64,000 nucleotides of DNA from Psilocybe cubensis (lineage: Eukaryota). Every line of letters starts with the position of its first letter. Position 1 is the first letter of the stretch. This document shows positions 1-9,639 of the stretch, in pieces. Position numbers and translations under genes: made by a program. The notes beneath the pieces are model-generated. The model had not been told where the DNA came from, did no database searches, and saw nothing but the letters and a program-made list of their open reading frames with translations. The stretch lies in NCBI GenBank assembly GCA_017499595.2, contig CM039004.1, forward strand, positions 62,001 to 126,000, read 5' to 3'.

Positions 1-1
1 C

Positions 2-1651
2 GAGTTAGTTGGTGGAAAGTGGAAGTGGGATGAAAACAATCCAGTGAAGGTGCCTGTCTTTTACGGGATACCCAAAATTCACAAAACACCCGTAAAAATG
101 CGGCCTATTATACCGTGTCACTCCGCGATTCAAAATCCCGCGGCCAAATATTGTAGCAAAAAACTTAAACCGCTTATCAATGCGGCGCCATCCATTATAC
201 ATGGAACCAAAGACCTGGCGATAAAATTAAGTAAGCTCGAGTTGAATACGAGTCGTCAGTACTTTATTGTTACTGGCGATGTAGTTGCCTATTACCCGAA
301 TATACCAATCGATTCATGTCTACAAATTGTATCTGACATGTACGACGAGTACTATACGGCCGAAGAGAATAGAGCATGGGATGAAGATCCCGACTACGTC
401 CCGATTTCACCCGATGAACACGAACTGTTCAGACGATGCTTGAGATTCGGAAATACTCAGCTTATAGCACAGTTTCAAGATAAATTCTACTTGCAGAAAA
501 GAGGATTAGCGATGGGAGTCGCGTCTTCGCCGGATTTAGCCAATCTCTACGGCTGGCATTTCGAGCGCTCAAGTGGAATTATGAATCACCCGTCCGTAGC
601 TTTCTATGGCAGGTACATCGACGATTGTCTTGCAATTGTTTATGCTTCTTCAGAACTAGAAGCCGTAAACATTATGAAGACTTTAACATTCGCCGGCTGT
701 GTAATAGAATGGTCCGCTTCAAAGGCTCAGCCTTTCCTCGACATGCTTCTTTACATCGATTTTGCCAATAATCGACGTTTAGAACACATGCCGTACCGCA
801 AGAGCGGAAACCATCAGGAAAGAATTCCATTCGTTAGCCATCATCCCATGGACGTCAAAAGAGGCACGTTCATCGGCGAGATGAGTAGGATGGCCACCCT
901 CAGTAGTACTATAGTCCACTACCGAGATGCGATCAAACAACTTGTTGCTTTGTACATCGCGCGTGGTTATCCGAGCGGCTTGGTATCTAAATGGATGCGA
1001 GAAAACATCAAAGTACGATGGCAGAAACGGCTGAATGTCCCTGTCCGTGCGCACGAAGACGTGCTTGTTCTCAAATCAGAATTTAATACCGCATGGAATT
1101 GGTTTTCCGCGCAAGAGCTCAAAGACGTACTTGTGGGATATTGGCAGAACTATATGATAAAAGCTGCCAATGGGTCGTTCGATGATGAATACCCCATTTT
1201 GTCCCATCGTACTGGAAGCCTGGAAGGGCCGACCATTCCCTATGAGGTGCTTACGCAAATCAGAGTGAGTGATCTGCCTTCTCCTTTCCATATGGTGGAC
1301 ATCAGGAAAATTGATGTCCCACGAAGAAGAATTCTTGTGTCGCGGAAACGCACCAAGAATCTTTTCGACTATACAAGTCTTTGGAAAAAACTCGTCGTTG
1401 AGAAGCTCGACAAGGATGTTCTTAATCCTGACGACAACGCTAATACGGCGCACGATATTAACAACGCCTTGAACGATTCCCGCTCCGGTGGGTCTCTAGT
1501 AGGGCCGCGCGAAATTGTGTTGCCGGGCGAAGTCGACGATGCTCCGTCTCCCATGTCTATAAATCTTCACGCGGGAAGTGATGATCCCATGGAAGGCGAT
1601 TTGGAGTACGTCGAACGTCAAGATGTCCTTCTCGATAACTTATTCAGATAA
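2..1651 (+). CDS. Penelope-like reverse transcriptase (partial; frame open from window start), no GIY-YIG endonuclease
   Basis: Motifs FYGIPKIHK..MRPI, GDVVAYYPNIP, QKRGLAMG..SPDLANLY, RYIDD, FLD and SHHP. The protein ends after the RKRTKNLFD linker with no GIY-YIG motif. Confidence 0.92.
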   Translation, partial: ELVGGKWKWDENNPVKVPVFYGIPKIHKTPVKMRPIIPCHSAIQNPAAKYCSKKLKPLINAAPSIIHGTKDLAIKLSKLELNTSRQYFIVTGDVVAYYPNIPIDSCLQIVSDMYDEYYTAEENRAWDEDPDYVPISPDEHELFRRCLRFGNTQLIAQFQDKFYLQKRGLAMGVASSPDLANLYGWHFERSSGIMNHPSVAFYGRYIDDCLAIVYASSELEAVNIMKTLTFAGCVIEWSASKAQPFLDMLLYIDFANNRRLEHMPYRKSGNHQERIPFVSHHPMDVKRGTFIGEMSRMATLSSTIVHYRDAIKQLVALYIARGYPSGLVSKWMRENIKVRWQKRLNVPVRAHEDVLVLKSEFNTAWNWFSAQELKDVLVGYWQNYMIKAANGSFDDEYPILSHRTGSLEGPTIPYEVLTQIRVSDLPSPFHMVDIRKIDVPRRRILVSRKRTKNLFDYTSLWKKLVVEKLDKDVLNPDDNANTAHDINNALNDSRSGGSLVGPREIVLPGEVDDAPSPMSINLHAGSDDPMEGDLEYVERQDVLLDNLFR

Positions 1652-2145
1652 AGCAGCACACGCTTAGATGTGTAAGGGTCTACACATAGGCCTTCTGCGG
1701 CGTGTCTAAACTAGACGTTTAATGCTAAAACCTGGTAATTCCTCTTCTGTCGTCGTATGACTTCGTCGAGGTTCTGTCCTGCTAGTTTGGGAGTGTAATT
1801 AGATTTCCCTTGGGGTCGCCCATCTAGTAAAGATCAGGCAGTACGCTGGAAACAGCTGGTCTGGGCCTTAGGGTATCCAGTCAGTGACTGCTCCAACGTC
1901 CCGATTCCGAAAGGACAAAGGTGGTTCGACTCGTGAACGAATGAAAATACATTACTCTGATGGCTTGCCATAGCCGTAATGAATAAGTTCAGCACTCTTG
2001 CGTTATAATATTATTCCTAACGAAAACCTATATTTGTTTTCACAGGACTTACGGTCCAACCGCGCTCGTCGATGAGGGTATCGGCGAATATTCTTGGGAA
2101 GCGGTGTCCACATAACCAGTGGTAGAGAGTTTTTAACACATTCTA

Positions 2146-2269
2146 AAAAAACCCTAACCGTAAGTCGACTCGATTAATCTCGAGATACTTTGTTGTATTG
2201 ATTCTTCGGCGGTTTTGGCTTTAGCTAACCCTAAACCCTAAACCCTAAACCCTAAATGCCCTAACCCTA
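2146..2269 (+). repeat. Internal telomere-like tract of element A, interrupted by a putative 65-nt intron (2160-2224)
   Basis: AAAAAAACCCTAACC|GTAAGT...GGCTTTAG|CTAACCCTAAACCCTAAACCCTAAACCCTAAA. Confidence 0.8.
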
Positions 2270-2497
2270 CTAGCGTGGTAGGGTTGTCACATGACGTGAT
2301 GAGTCACGCGACCTAGTAAGTCACATGACTCGGCCGGCATTTCGGCGATCAAGCCGAAATTCAAGCGGAGTTTAAAATTCGGAGATATTACTAATCCTCG
2401 GAGAAATTGCCAAACTTCGGAACAACAAAGGTGAAAACTCGCTCCGAGGTTTCTTTAACTTCGGACCTCGGATTAATATAGGTAAAATGGCTATATA

Positions 2498-2567
2498 TGG
2501 ACCTGATGAGCCTTATAAAAAGGCGAAAAAGTGGAAGGGAGCTTCTCCAAGCCCCCACTTTTGTCCA
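2498..2567 (+). ncRNA. Type I hammerhead ribozyme (element A terminal region)
   Basis: Stem I TGGAC/GTCCA, core CTGATGA, stem II GCCTT-ATAAA-AAGGC, GAAA, stem III AAGTGG/CCACTT, UH = TT at 2561-2562. Confidence 0.9.
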
Positions 2568-2597
2568 CAAGCCTTAGGCCATCCAGCCTTTTCCTAA

Positions 2598-2632
2598 CCA
2601 ACTCGCAGCTCGCTTCGCTCGCTGCTCGTTGG
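2598..2632 (-). other. GAA-triloop hairpin with tandem GA/GA mismatches on the minus (cDNA) strand
   Basis: Minus strand reads CCAAC GA GCAGC GA GC GAA GC GA GCTGC GA GTTGG. Confidence 0.75.
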
Positions 2633-2635
2633 GCA

Positions 2636-2652
2636 CCCTAAAACCCTAACCC
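2636..2652 (+). repeat. Short telomeric junction capping 5'-truncated element B
   Basis: CCCTAAAACCCTAACCC is followed directly by GTCGACAACAAG, which corresponds to internal position ~42160 of full-length copy C. Confidence 0.8.
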
Positions 2653-2654
2653 GT

Positions 2655-5105
2655 CGACAACAAGAAGAAAGGGAAGGGGAGAGCTCCCGTCAAGAACGAT
2701 CCAAAGGGAAAGGGAAAGGCAAGAGCCTAAACGCGCGGTTTTCTGTTGCACCATTTACGTCGGTGAGACCCGCTTTCCCCAACTCTATTCCTGACGATAT
2801 ACTCACCATGACTAAAACAGACGCAGTTTCTTTTGTACACTTACATACGCCGATCTCATTCTTGTTGGCTGGCCAGTATCGTAGTAGTGTACATTGTAGT
2901 CCTGGTGTGGTGGTCCCTGTAGATATAGCAAACGATTTGTCGCTCGGACTTAATTATATGTTTTTTACTCTGCCTTCTCAAAGTCTGATCATGCAAGCAT
3001 GGAATGATTTTCAACGAAGAATAAGATGGCGTATCTATTTTTTGTTTAAGGAAGGCATGAATAAACCTTTTGATCCAGATTATGGAGTAAGTTCTAAGAA
3101 AAAAGAAAAACCTCCTGTATTACCGCAATTTATGGAACTTGGCCTTTCGATGGGACGTCGGTACGTGCAACGCACGATCGCAAGTATCCCGGAAGAAGCC
3201 CTTACGGAGATGCGAAAGCACGTGTTCTCTCCTAAAAGGGACAAGATCCGTAAGTTTCTTATCGATAACAACTATGTTATTACGATGACAGATAAGAATC
3301 TTGGCCTCGCGGTGTCTGAACGCAACTGGATATTAAGGAATGAGCTCAATCTTCTTGAAGATGAACGTAATTACGAAGAGTTAGAATTCGAAGTTGCGCA
3401 AGAAGTAATGAAGAGCAAAATGATCCAGATGCAAACTCTCGCACGTACCGTCGAAGATGAACATCTGTTTCTTTATGAACTTGGCTTAGCTCGATTTTTT
3501 CTATCAAATGTACCGGAAGACGGATCATCGTTCAAGTATCCTCAATTTCATGGTATACCTAAAATCCATAAGAAACCTACTGGATTTAGGCCCATAATTC
3601 CGTGTCATTCTGTAGTATTTAATCCTGCAGCCAAGTTTGTATCAAAAGAGCTTAAGCCGATTATTAAATCGACTCCTTCAATCATACACGGAACGAAGGA
3701 TCTCTTTACGAGATTAAGCCAATTGCGTATAGACTCCAAAAGACAATGGTATTTTGTCACTGGAGATGTAGTTGCTTTCTATCCCAATATCCCGTTGGAC
3801 TCGTGCATCGAAATCGTTTGTAGTATGTACGAGGAATGGTTACTCAACACTTCGGAAGAAAACACTGCATTAGCCCATATTAAACCAAATTCGTTAGAAA
3901 ATAACTTGATTAAATTGGGCATCTTTAAACGTGCTATCGAGATTGGCAATACGCAATTGATAACACAACATGGGTCTAGATATTTTAGACAAAAAAATGG
4001 CCTCGCAATGGGCGTCGCGGACTCTCCGGACCTTGCTAACCTCTTTGGAGCCCATTTTGAAATAAAGTCAAAAATCTTAGACCACCCGAATGTGGACTTC
4101 TATGGAAGGTACATCGACGATTGTTTCGCAATTGTTTACGCCAAGTCCGAAGCACTTGCACTTAATTTAATTAAAGAAACAATAAAGTTCGATGGTTGTG
4201 TTATCGAATGGGTTGTTTCCTCGTCGGGATGTCAATTTCTCGATGCTTTCATATTCAAGGAGTCTGGAAAACTTCATTGGAAGCCATTTGTCAAGACAGG
4301 AAACAACCGAGAACGAGTTCCATGGGTATCACATCATCCTTTGGACGTCAAACGTGGCGTCTACATTGGAGAGTTATCCAGGTTAGCCGTGCTATGTAGT
4401 ACCAAGGAAATCTACATCGGAGCAATTAGAGACCTTAACGCTCTCTATTTGATGCGCGGTTATCCCGAAAACCTAGTCATGTCTTGGTGTAAGAAGAATA
4501 TACAAGAACGTTGGGAAAAGCGATTCGCTTTACGAGTCGCAGAGCACGACGAATCCATTCTTGTACTTAAAACCAGGTTTGATCAGGTATGGAATTGGTT
4601 TTCAGCTGCTGAACTTGGAAAGACTGTTACCGAGTACTGGTCGGCATGGTATGAACATGCCGAGAAAGGTCTGTATAGTGCAGACTCGTCCAGACCCCTT
4701 ATCAAACCAGATCCAAATTACGTTCACGACCTCGATGATGTTCGCCCGGAGCTGTTCACACAGATCCTCGTGGACGGAGAAACTGAGTTCGTACCGGATT
4801 TGAGGAAGATAGGACTACTCGGAAGTCGTTGGATAGTATCGCGAAAACGCAATACTAATCTTTTCGACCTTGCAAATGTGTGGAAGAAAACAGTCTTTCG
4901 TAAACTGGATGAAGACATTGCTGAAAAAGGTGGTGTTGTTCCCGAAACTCAAAACGTTAATGAAACTTATCATTCTGCTTTAGTTGAAGCTGCTGAACAG
5001 ATAAGTATCGAAAGTGATAACGAGATAATACTTCATAGACGTTCAATCTCACAAGAGAGGGAACATCCAGAATTCGGCAGAATATCCAAATCTTACAACC
5101 GATGA
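2655..5105 (+). CDS. Penelope-like reverse transcriptase, intact frame but 5'-truncated, no endonuclease
   Basis: Motifs LSLGLNY, TDKNLGL, FHGIPKIHK, GDVVAFYPNIP, GLAMG, RYIDD, FLD and SHHP. The frame is open from the truncation point (ORF track starts it at 2763). Confidence 0.92.
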   Translation, partial: RQQEEREGESSRQERSKGKGKGKSLNARFSVAPFTSVRPAFPNSIPDDILTMTKTDAVSFVHLHTPISFLLAGQYRSSVHCSPGVVVPVDIANDLSLGLNYMFFTLPSQSLIMQAWNDFQRRIRWRIYFLFKEGMNKPFDPDYGVSSKKKEKPPVLPQFMELGLSMGRRYVQRTIASIPEEALTEMRKHVFSPKRDKIRKFLIDNNYVITMTDKNLGLAVSERNWILRNELNLLEDERNYEELEFEVAQEVMKSKMIQMQTLARTVEDEHLFLYELGLARFFLSNVPEDGSSFKYPQFHGIPKIHKKPTGFRPIIPCHSVVFNPAAKFVSKELKPIIKSTPSIIHGTKDLFTRLSQLRIDSKRQWYFVTGDVVAFYPNIPLDSCIEIVCSMYEEWLLNTSEENTALAHIKPNSLENNLIKLGIFKRAIEIGNTQLITQHGSRYFRQKNGLAMGVADSPDLANLFGAHFEIKSKILDHPNVDFYGRYIDDCFAIVYAKSEALALNLIKETIKFDGCVIEWVVSSSGCQFLDAFIFKESGKLHWKPFVKTGNNRERVPWVSHHPLDVKRGVYIGELSRLAVLCSTKEIYIGAIRDLNALYLMRGYPENLVMSWCKKNIQERWEKRFALRVAEHDESILVLKTRFDQVWNWFSAAELGKTVTEYWSAWYEHAEKGLYSADSSRPLIKPDPNYVHDLDDVRPELFTQILVDGETEFVPDLRKIGLLGSRWIVSRKRNTNLFDLANVWKKTVFRKLDEDIAEKGGVVPETQNVNETYHSALVEAAEQISIESDNEIILHRRSISQEREHPEFGRISKSYNR

Positions 5106-5139
5106 AAAGAATACTAGCGCGTAAGGCGTAAAGCATTAG

Positions 5140-5279
5140 AAAAAAACCCTAACCGTAAGTATTCCTTGCTACAAAGTAACAAACATCTACTTACAAGCAA
5201 CACATTGGATTAAATAGCTAAACCTAAACCTAAACCCTAAACCCTAAGCCCTAAGCCCTAACCTAACCCCAACCCTAAG
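5140..5279 (+). repeat. Internal degenerate telomere-like tract of element B, interrupted by a putative 63-nt intron (5155-5217)
   Basis: AAAAAAACCCTAACC|GTAAGT...TTAAATAG|CTAAACCTAAACCTAAACCCTAAACCCTAAGCCCTAAG. Confidence 0.8.
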
Positions 5280-5814
5280 CTAACTAAGTCTAACCTTAGT
5301 AGGAAGTAAGGTAGGCGTGTGAACTTCCGAACGGCATGTGATTGTGAAGGGCCGGATCTAATTTAGTACATGGGAAAAGTTACTTAGTACTTCGGGAAAA
5401 GTTCCTTAGTACCGTGGAAACATTTTTAATGGACCGGATCATGAACTGTCCAATTAAGATTCACAACAATCAATCAATTGATTGTTAGGTAAGGACCCAG
5501 GTAAGCTATTTATACTCTTGACATGAGAATATTCCCATGTCGCGGTTACTTGGAGCCACGTAACCAGAGTACTCTATATCCATGTGATTTACATCACAGT
5601 CAATAACCCACGATGTCAAAGAACAAAAGTGTTGGATCCACTTTTGACAGGTTACCATGTGCCACATCGACCCGTGACACTCTGTTCATCAGAGACCTGT
5701 CTAACTTGACAATAAACATTGACAGATTTGTGATAGTCGGTAAGATACATGACAGCTGCGCAGCTTCACTTCACGCGCTGTCATCGGATGTTCCAGAACA
5801 TTCCTTCTAAGAAT

Positions 5815-5879
5815 AGCCACTGAAGAGTCTATAAAGACGAAAGGGCTGGCTGCTGATAACAATCAACAGCCCTCTGGCT
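5815..5879 (+). ncRNA. Type I hammerhead ribozyme (element B terminal repeat), intact core
   Basis: Stem I AGCCA/TGGCT, core CTGAAGA, stem II GTCT-ATAA-AGAC, GAAA, stem III GGGCTG/CAGCCC, UH = TC at 5873-5874. Confidence 0.93.
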
Positions 5880-5909
5880 TCTTTCCATTTAACTCACAGT
5901 TTAAAACAA

Positions 5910-5944
5910 GTCGCTCGCACCTCGCTTCGCTCGGTGCTCGCTCC
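5910..5944 (-). other. GAA-triloop hairpin with three tandem GA/GA mismatches on the minus strand
   Basis: Minus strand reads G GA GC GA GCACC GA GC GAA GC GA GGTGC GA GC GA C. Copies at 41006-41040 and ~45417-45451. Confidence 0.75.
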
Positions 5945-5946
5945 CA

Positions 5947-5989
5947 CCCTAAACCCTAAACCCTAAACCCTAAAACATAACTAAACCCT
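5947..5989 (+). repeat. Buried telomeric tract (CCCTAAA)4 plus degenerate units; probable former chromosome end
   Basis: Direct reading. Lies exactly at the 3' end of element B. Confidence 0.85.
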
Positions 5990-6184
5990 TGTTGCCTTAC
6001 ATGTACAAGCCATTCCGAGACTGCCAGGCAGAGGTGGTGTTGCAGAGTGCCGATGTTAACGCAGGACAGGTGGGCGAGAAAAGGTGTGGATGAAGAGGGT
6101 GTCAGAGTGACATTCGTGAGTGTCATTGCAATACAACCCGATTGATTAACTCACCTAAGAAACTCATCGTCGCTGTCATTTACG

Positions 6185-6860
6185 GCGCCCTCCCGTCGCT
6201 CTGCCTTTGATCGCACACCCCAATTCCCTCACCATCGTGGTAGACAGCGACCGACGACCTACCAATTCACGTGTCGATGGTGACACTGTGAAACTTTCTG
6301 TCTTGTCGCATGTACCAGCCGTTTTGACATTCAGAAAGCAGACGCGTTTTAGCGGGTACTTGCATTGGTTCAGAGAGGGACGGGGGACGAGCGAGGGGAG
6401 GTGTAAATGAAGGAGATGTGAGGAAGACGCGAGACGCGAGACGAAAGTGGTGAGTGCCATTGAACAACACCCTCCCGTTGCCCTGCCTTTCACTTCCAGA
6501 CAATGACGGACACCCTGCTGATTGACGCATAGATGGAGAGCCCCACCTGTTTTGACACCCACAAAGCGGACGCGTTCCGTGGGTGCCTACGTTGGTGCAG
6601 AGAGGGATGGAGGGACAACGTTGCTGTCATCCACAACACCCTCCCGTCGCCCCCGCCTTTCACCCCACACCTCACTTCCCTTGCCATCGTTCCATACATC
6701 GACGGACAACCTGCTGATTGAGGCGGAGATGGAGAGCCCCAACCGTTTTGACACACAAAGCGGACGCGTTTCATGGGTGCAGAGAGGGACGGAGGGACAA
6801 GCGACGGAGGGGAGGAGGATGTGAGGGAGACGCGAGAAGGAAGCGGTGAGTGCGATTGCA
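6185..6860. repeat. Degenerate tandem repeats (about three units)
   Basis: CCTCCCGT(C/T)GC(T/C)C(T/C)GCCTTT recurs at ~6189, ~6471 and ~6640. GACGCGTT...CAGAGAGGGA recurs at ~6341, ~6570 and ~6763. Confidence 0.6.
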
Positions 6861-9085
6861 ATAGAAGCCAATCAATGGACGACTCACCTGACCAGATGGA
6901 GATGAGGGCAACTTGAGGGAGAGAACACGAGGCTGCAAAGGTCGGGACTCTGCTGGGCACCGCTCTGCGCCCCTCGCCCGACTCCTTGAGCGAATGGTCC
7001 ACCTCCTCCTTGCCATCATCATCATCGAACTCGTCAAAGTCGTCAAAGTTGTGCAGATCATGTGTGCCGCTGCTGCTTAGTGCGCCGGAGCTGTAGGACC
7101 GTGAAAGCGGGTGGTGGTACTTGCCGCTGCCAACGCCGCCCTATTGGTGGTGCGAGGAGGGCCGTGAAGAGGAGGTAAGGCTGTGCCCAAGCGACGAGGC
7201 CGATGCTAGCCGGCGGGTCAGGGGCGAGGGTGCGTATTCGTCTTCGCTGGAAAACATCGCAAAACTCATGAGCATTCAGAGGAAAATGAGAAAAAATGAA
7301 TGGAAAAAAAAAAAATGCACCTGTCGCTCCATCCCAACTACCACCGTGCAGCATCCTCCCATCGTGGTGCCTCACCCGGCGCATTGGCGTATCGCGCTCG
7401 TCTTTCATGATTCCAGACTTGGTCATCATTGAACCTGCATAACAAAAAAAACCACACACAACAAACATGCTTAGCACAAAACGGACAAAAAACCGCATGA
7501 TAAGAATATACATACCGTTGGACGCGACGCTCATGATACTCCCCGGCCGCCCATCAGGCACCATCGGCGTCGTCGCGTGCGACGCACCAGGTAGCAGCTT
7601 GGAGTGCGGTGAAAGCAGTTCATGGCGCACCATCAGATGTCTACCCATCCAAAAAAAACCCACCTCGTCAGAAAGAAACCCATAGCATAAACTCGCGGTA
7701 AAGCTCTGTGATCCAAACTCGAATCCGAGTCTTCATCGTCATATCCACGTCTTGCTCTTCCTCTCCTTCCTCCTACGCCTCCTCCGACGCCGCCATACAC
7801 TTCATCCTCGCTCCCCTGCCCCTCCAACACCCGCTCCATCTCCATCTCCATCTCATCATACTCGCCCTCAAATTCACCCTGCTCGCCCTGCGAATGCCCG
7901 CTCATCCTATCCATCGACCTCACCCTATCCATCCCCATCCCACCACTCGTACCAAACTTACGATCATCCCAAGAACTACTCAACTTGGACGACCCAACAG
8001 AAAGCCGGAGCGACGCAGCACCTGCACCTGCACCGCCCTCGCTGACGATGCGCTTGCCTGCCCCTGGCCCATACCGCCACCGCCACCAGCACCAGCACCA
8101 GCACCAGCACTAGCACCAGCACCGGAACGCACGCGCGTGCGCGGCGCCGACGATTGTATCCCCAGCCCTAGCCCAATCCTGACGCGAGAGCGTGTGCGCA
8201 ACTTTGACCGCTTGCGCGACGACGCGGATGTGTGCTGAGGTCTTCTTGGAGAGGGCTCCTGGAGCGGGATGTGCTGGAATTGGGTGACGAAGGCGAACCC
8301 ACGGTGTTTTGGGGCAGTGTTGTGGTGTATTACATTGAAGTGAAGGCGAATGACGGGTGGCAGCGCGTTTTTGAGGGGAGTGTGTAGGTAGGTAGGTGCG
8401 GTGGGTGGATGCGCAATTGGCAGGTTGAGCAGAAGAGGGTACGATGTGCATGCGAGAATGAGTGGAATAGTAGTGATGAATGGGAATGTACATGTGTTGG
8501 ATTGGGATGTGCAATTGGTCAGAATACAAGTGCCAATGAACTACAAAGGGATGTGTCTACTGACCATCTGGATCTAGGTTTTGGTGCTGATTTGCAGGCG
8601 GAGGGATCTGAACTTCGAGGATATCACCTGCATTGCCACATCGCATGGAAAGTCAGGAGGGGGAAGAGAGTATCATGCATCCAGAATCGTATAAATGCAA
8701 TGGTAGAATGTAGAATGTAGGAAGATATAGTAAAAGTGAAAAGTGGTGTTGATGCATTAGCACAAACGTCTCCACGAAATCTAGCAGGAAAATACGCACC
8801 GAATGTGGAGAAACTCTCATATAGCGCCGTCGTATCCATATCATCACTTATCCTCACTTATCCCACCCACAAACACCGTCTTCTTCGTCTTCGTGCCTTC
8901 TTCCATGTCGTTTAAATTAATGCAATATTGAGTGAGTTGAGTCAGGTATATATATGTATTGGCGCTCGGGCGTGTGGTATATTCGTATTCGTGTGTTCGT
9001 GTGCTTAGTGGTGTTAGTCAAAGTCGCCTTTGAGTTCCTTCGATTTGCCGTCGACTTCTCGGGGTGTGGGATGACGGGGTTACAG

Positions 9086-9450
9086 GCGAAGTGCATACCT
9101 TTAGCAATGTCAGTCTTCTCTCCCACCTAGACAGTGACCACACCCTGCTTCCCAACCTTCTCTGTAAGCTTAGCACTCAACCATGCGTCACTGTTTGCAG
9201 AGATGCTCTCAACCAGAGCAGTTGTGGCTGTTTTTGTGATGGTGTTGATGTGAGATGAGAGGGAAGAGACAACATGGTGGATAGCACCTTGTGATCCGCG
9301 GCACAGGCCCAACATGCTACAATGTTCTGGACACCTTTCGTGTAGGTGGGGATAGTGGCAGTTGTCATAGTCAACTGGAATCTCGTTTACTTTTGAGGCA
9401 ACGTCAGCAGCGTGGCGGCGAGTCCTTCAATCTCGTCGCTATTGGGCACT
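9086..9450 (-). pseudogene. HSP60: Degenerate chaperonin 60 (HSP60/GroEL family) fragment
   Basis: Frameshifted pieces DVASKVNEI, TTAT..YTKGVQNIVA, LCRGSQGAIHHVVSSLSSHINTITKT, ISANSD, EKVGKQGVVTV and IAKGMHF follow Cpn60 order. Confidence 0.8.
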
Positions 9451-9639
9451 AATAGGCACCTTGTTGTACCCTCGACCTCTCGTGGTAGGTAGGTGAGTCC
9501 ACCTATCGCATGGCAGCCTATGAATGCGGCAGGTTGGATGGACATGAGCTGCGACATCACATTGTCATGCTAATTCGATGTTACTCACCATAGTTTCCCC
9601 AGTCCTATATTCCTCCTTGTTTTGTGCGCCGTCGTCGTC

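Larger units (their letters stand above)
1..2640 (+). mobile_element. Penelope-like element A (endonuclease-deficient, telomere-associated, Coprina-type); 5' part outside window
   Basis: PLE-type RT ORF, long 3' UTR, internal CCCTAA(A) tract and hammerhead ribozyme. Ends at CACCCTAAAACCCTAACC, where it joins element B. Confidence 0.88.
2653..5955 (+). mobile_element. Penelope-like element B (Coprina-type), 5'-truncated, attached to telomeric repeats
   Basis: Near-identical to ~42160-45461. Contains RT ORF, telomeric tract, terminal repeat with hammerhead, and ends in (CCCTAAA)4. Confidence 0.92.

Noticed and set aside
1950-1985. Possible extra hammerhead (CTGATGGCT...AGCCGTAA)
   Set aside because: The core lacks the required CUGANGA and GAAA, and stems I and III are missing.
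2-5105. RT ORFs as telomerase (TERT) or LINE RT
   Set aside because: Multi-copy, with PLE-specific motifs (GIPKIHK, GLAMG, SHHP) and hammerheads. No TERT T-motif and no APE or RLE endonuclease.
8780-8857. RRM/PABP-like snippet ISDDMDTTALYESFSTFG on the minus strand
   Set aside because: Too short to assign without a search; it may be another captured fragment.
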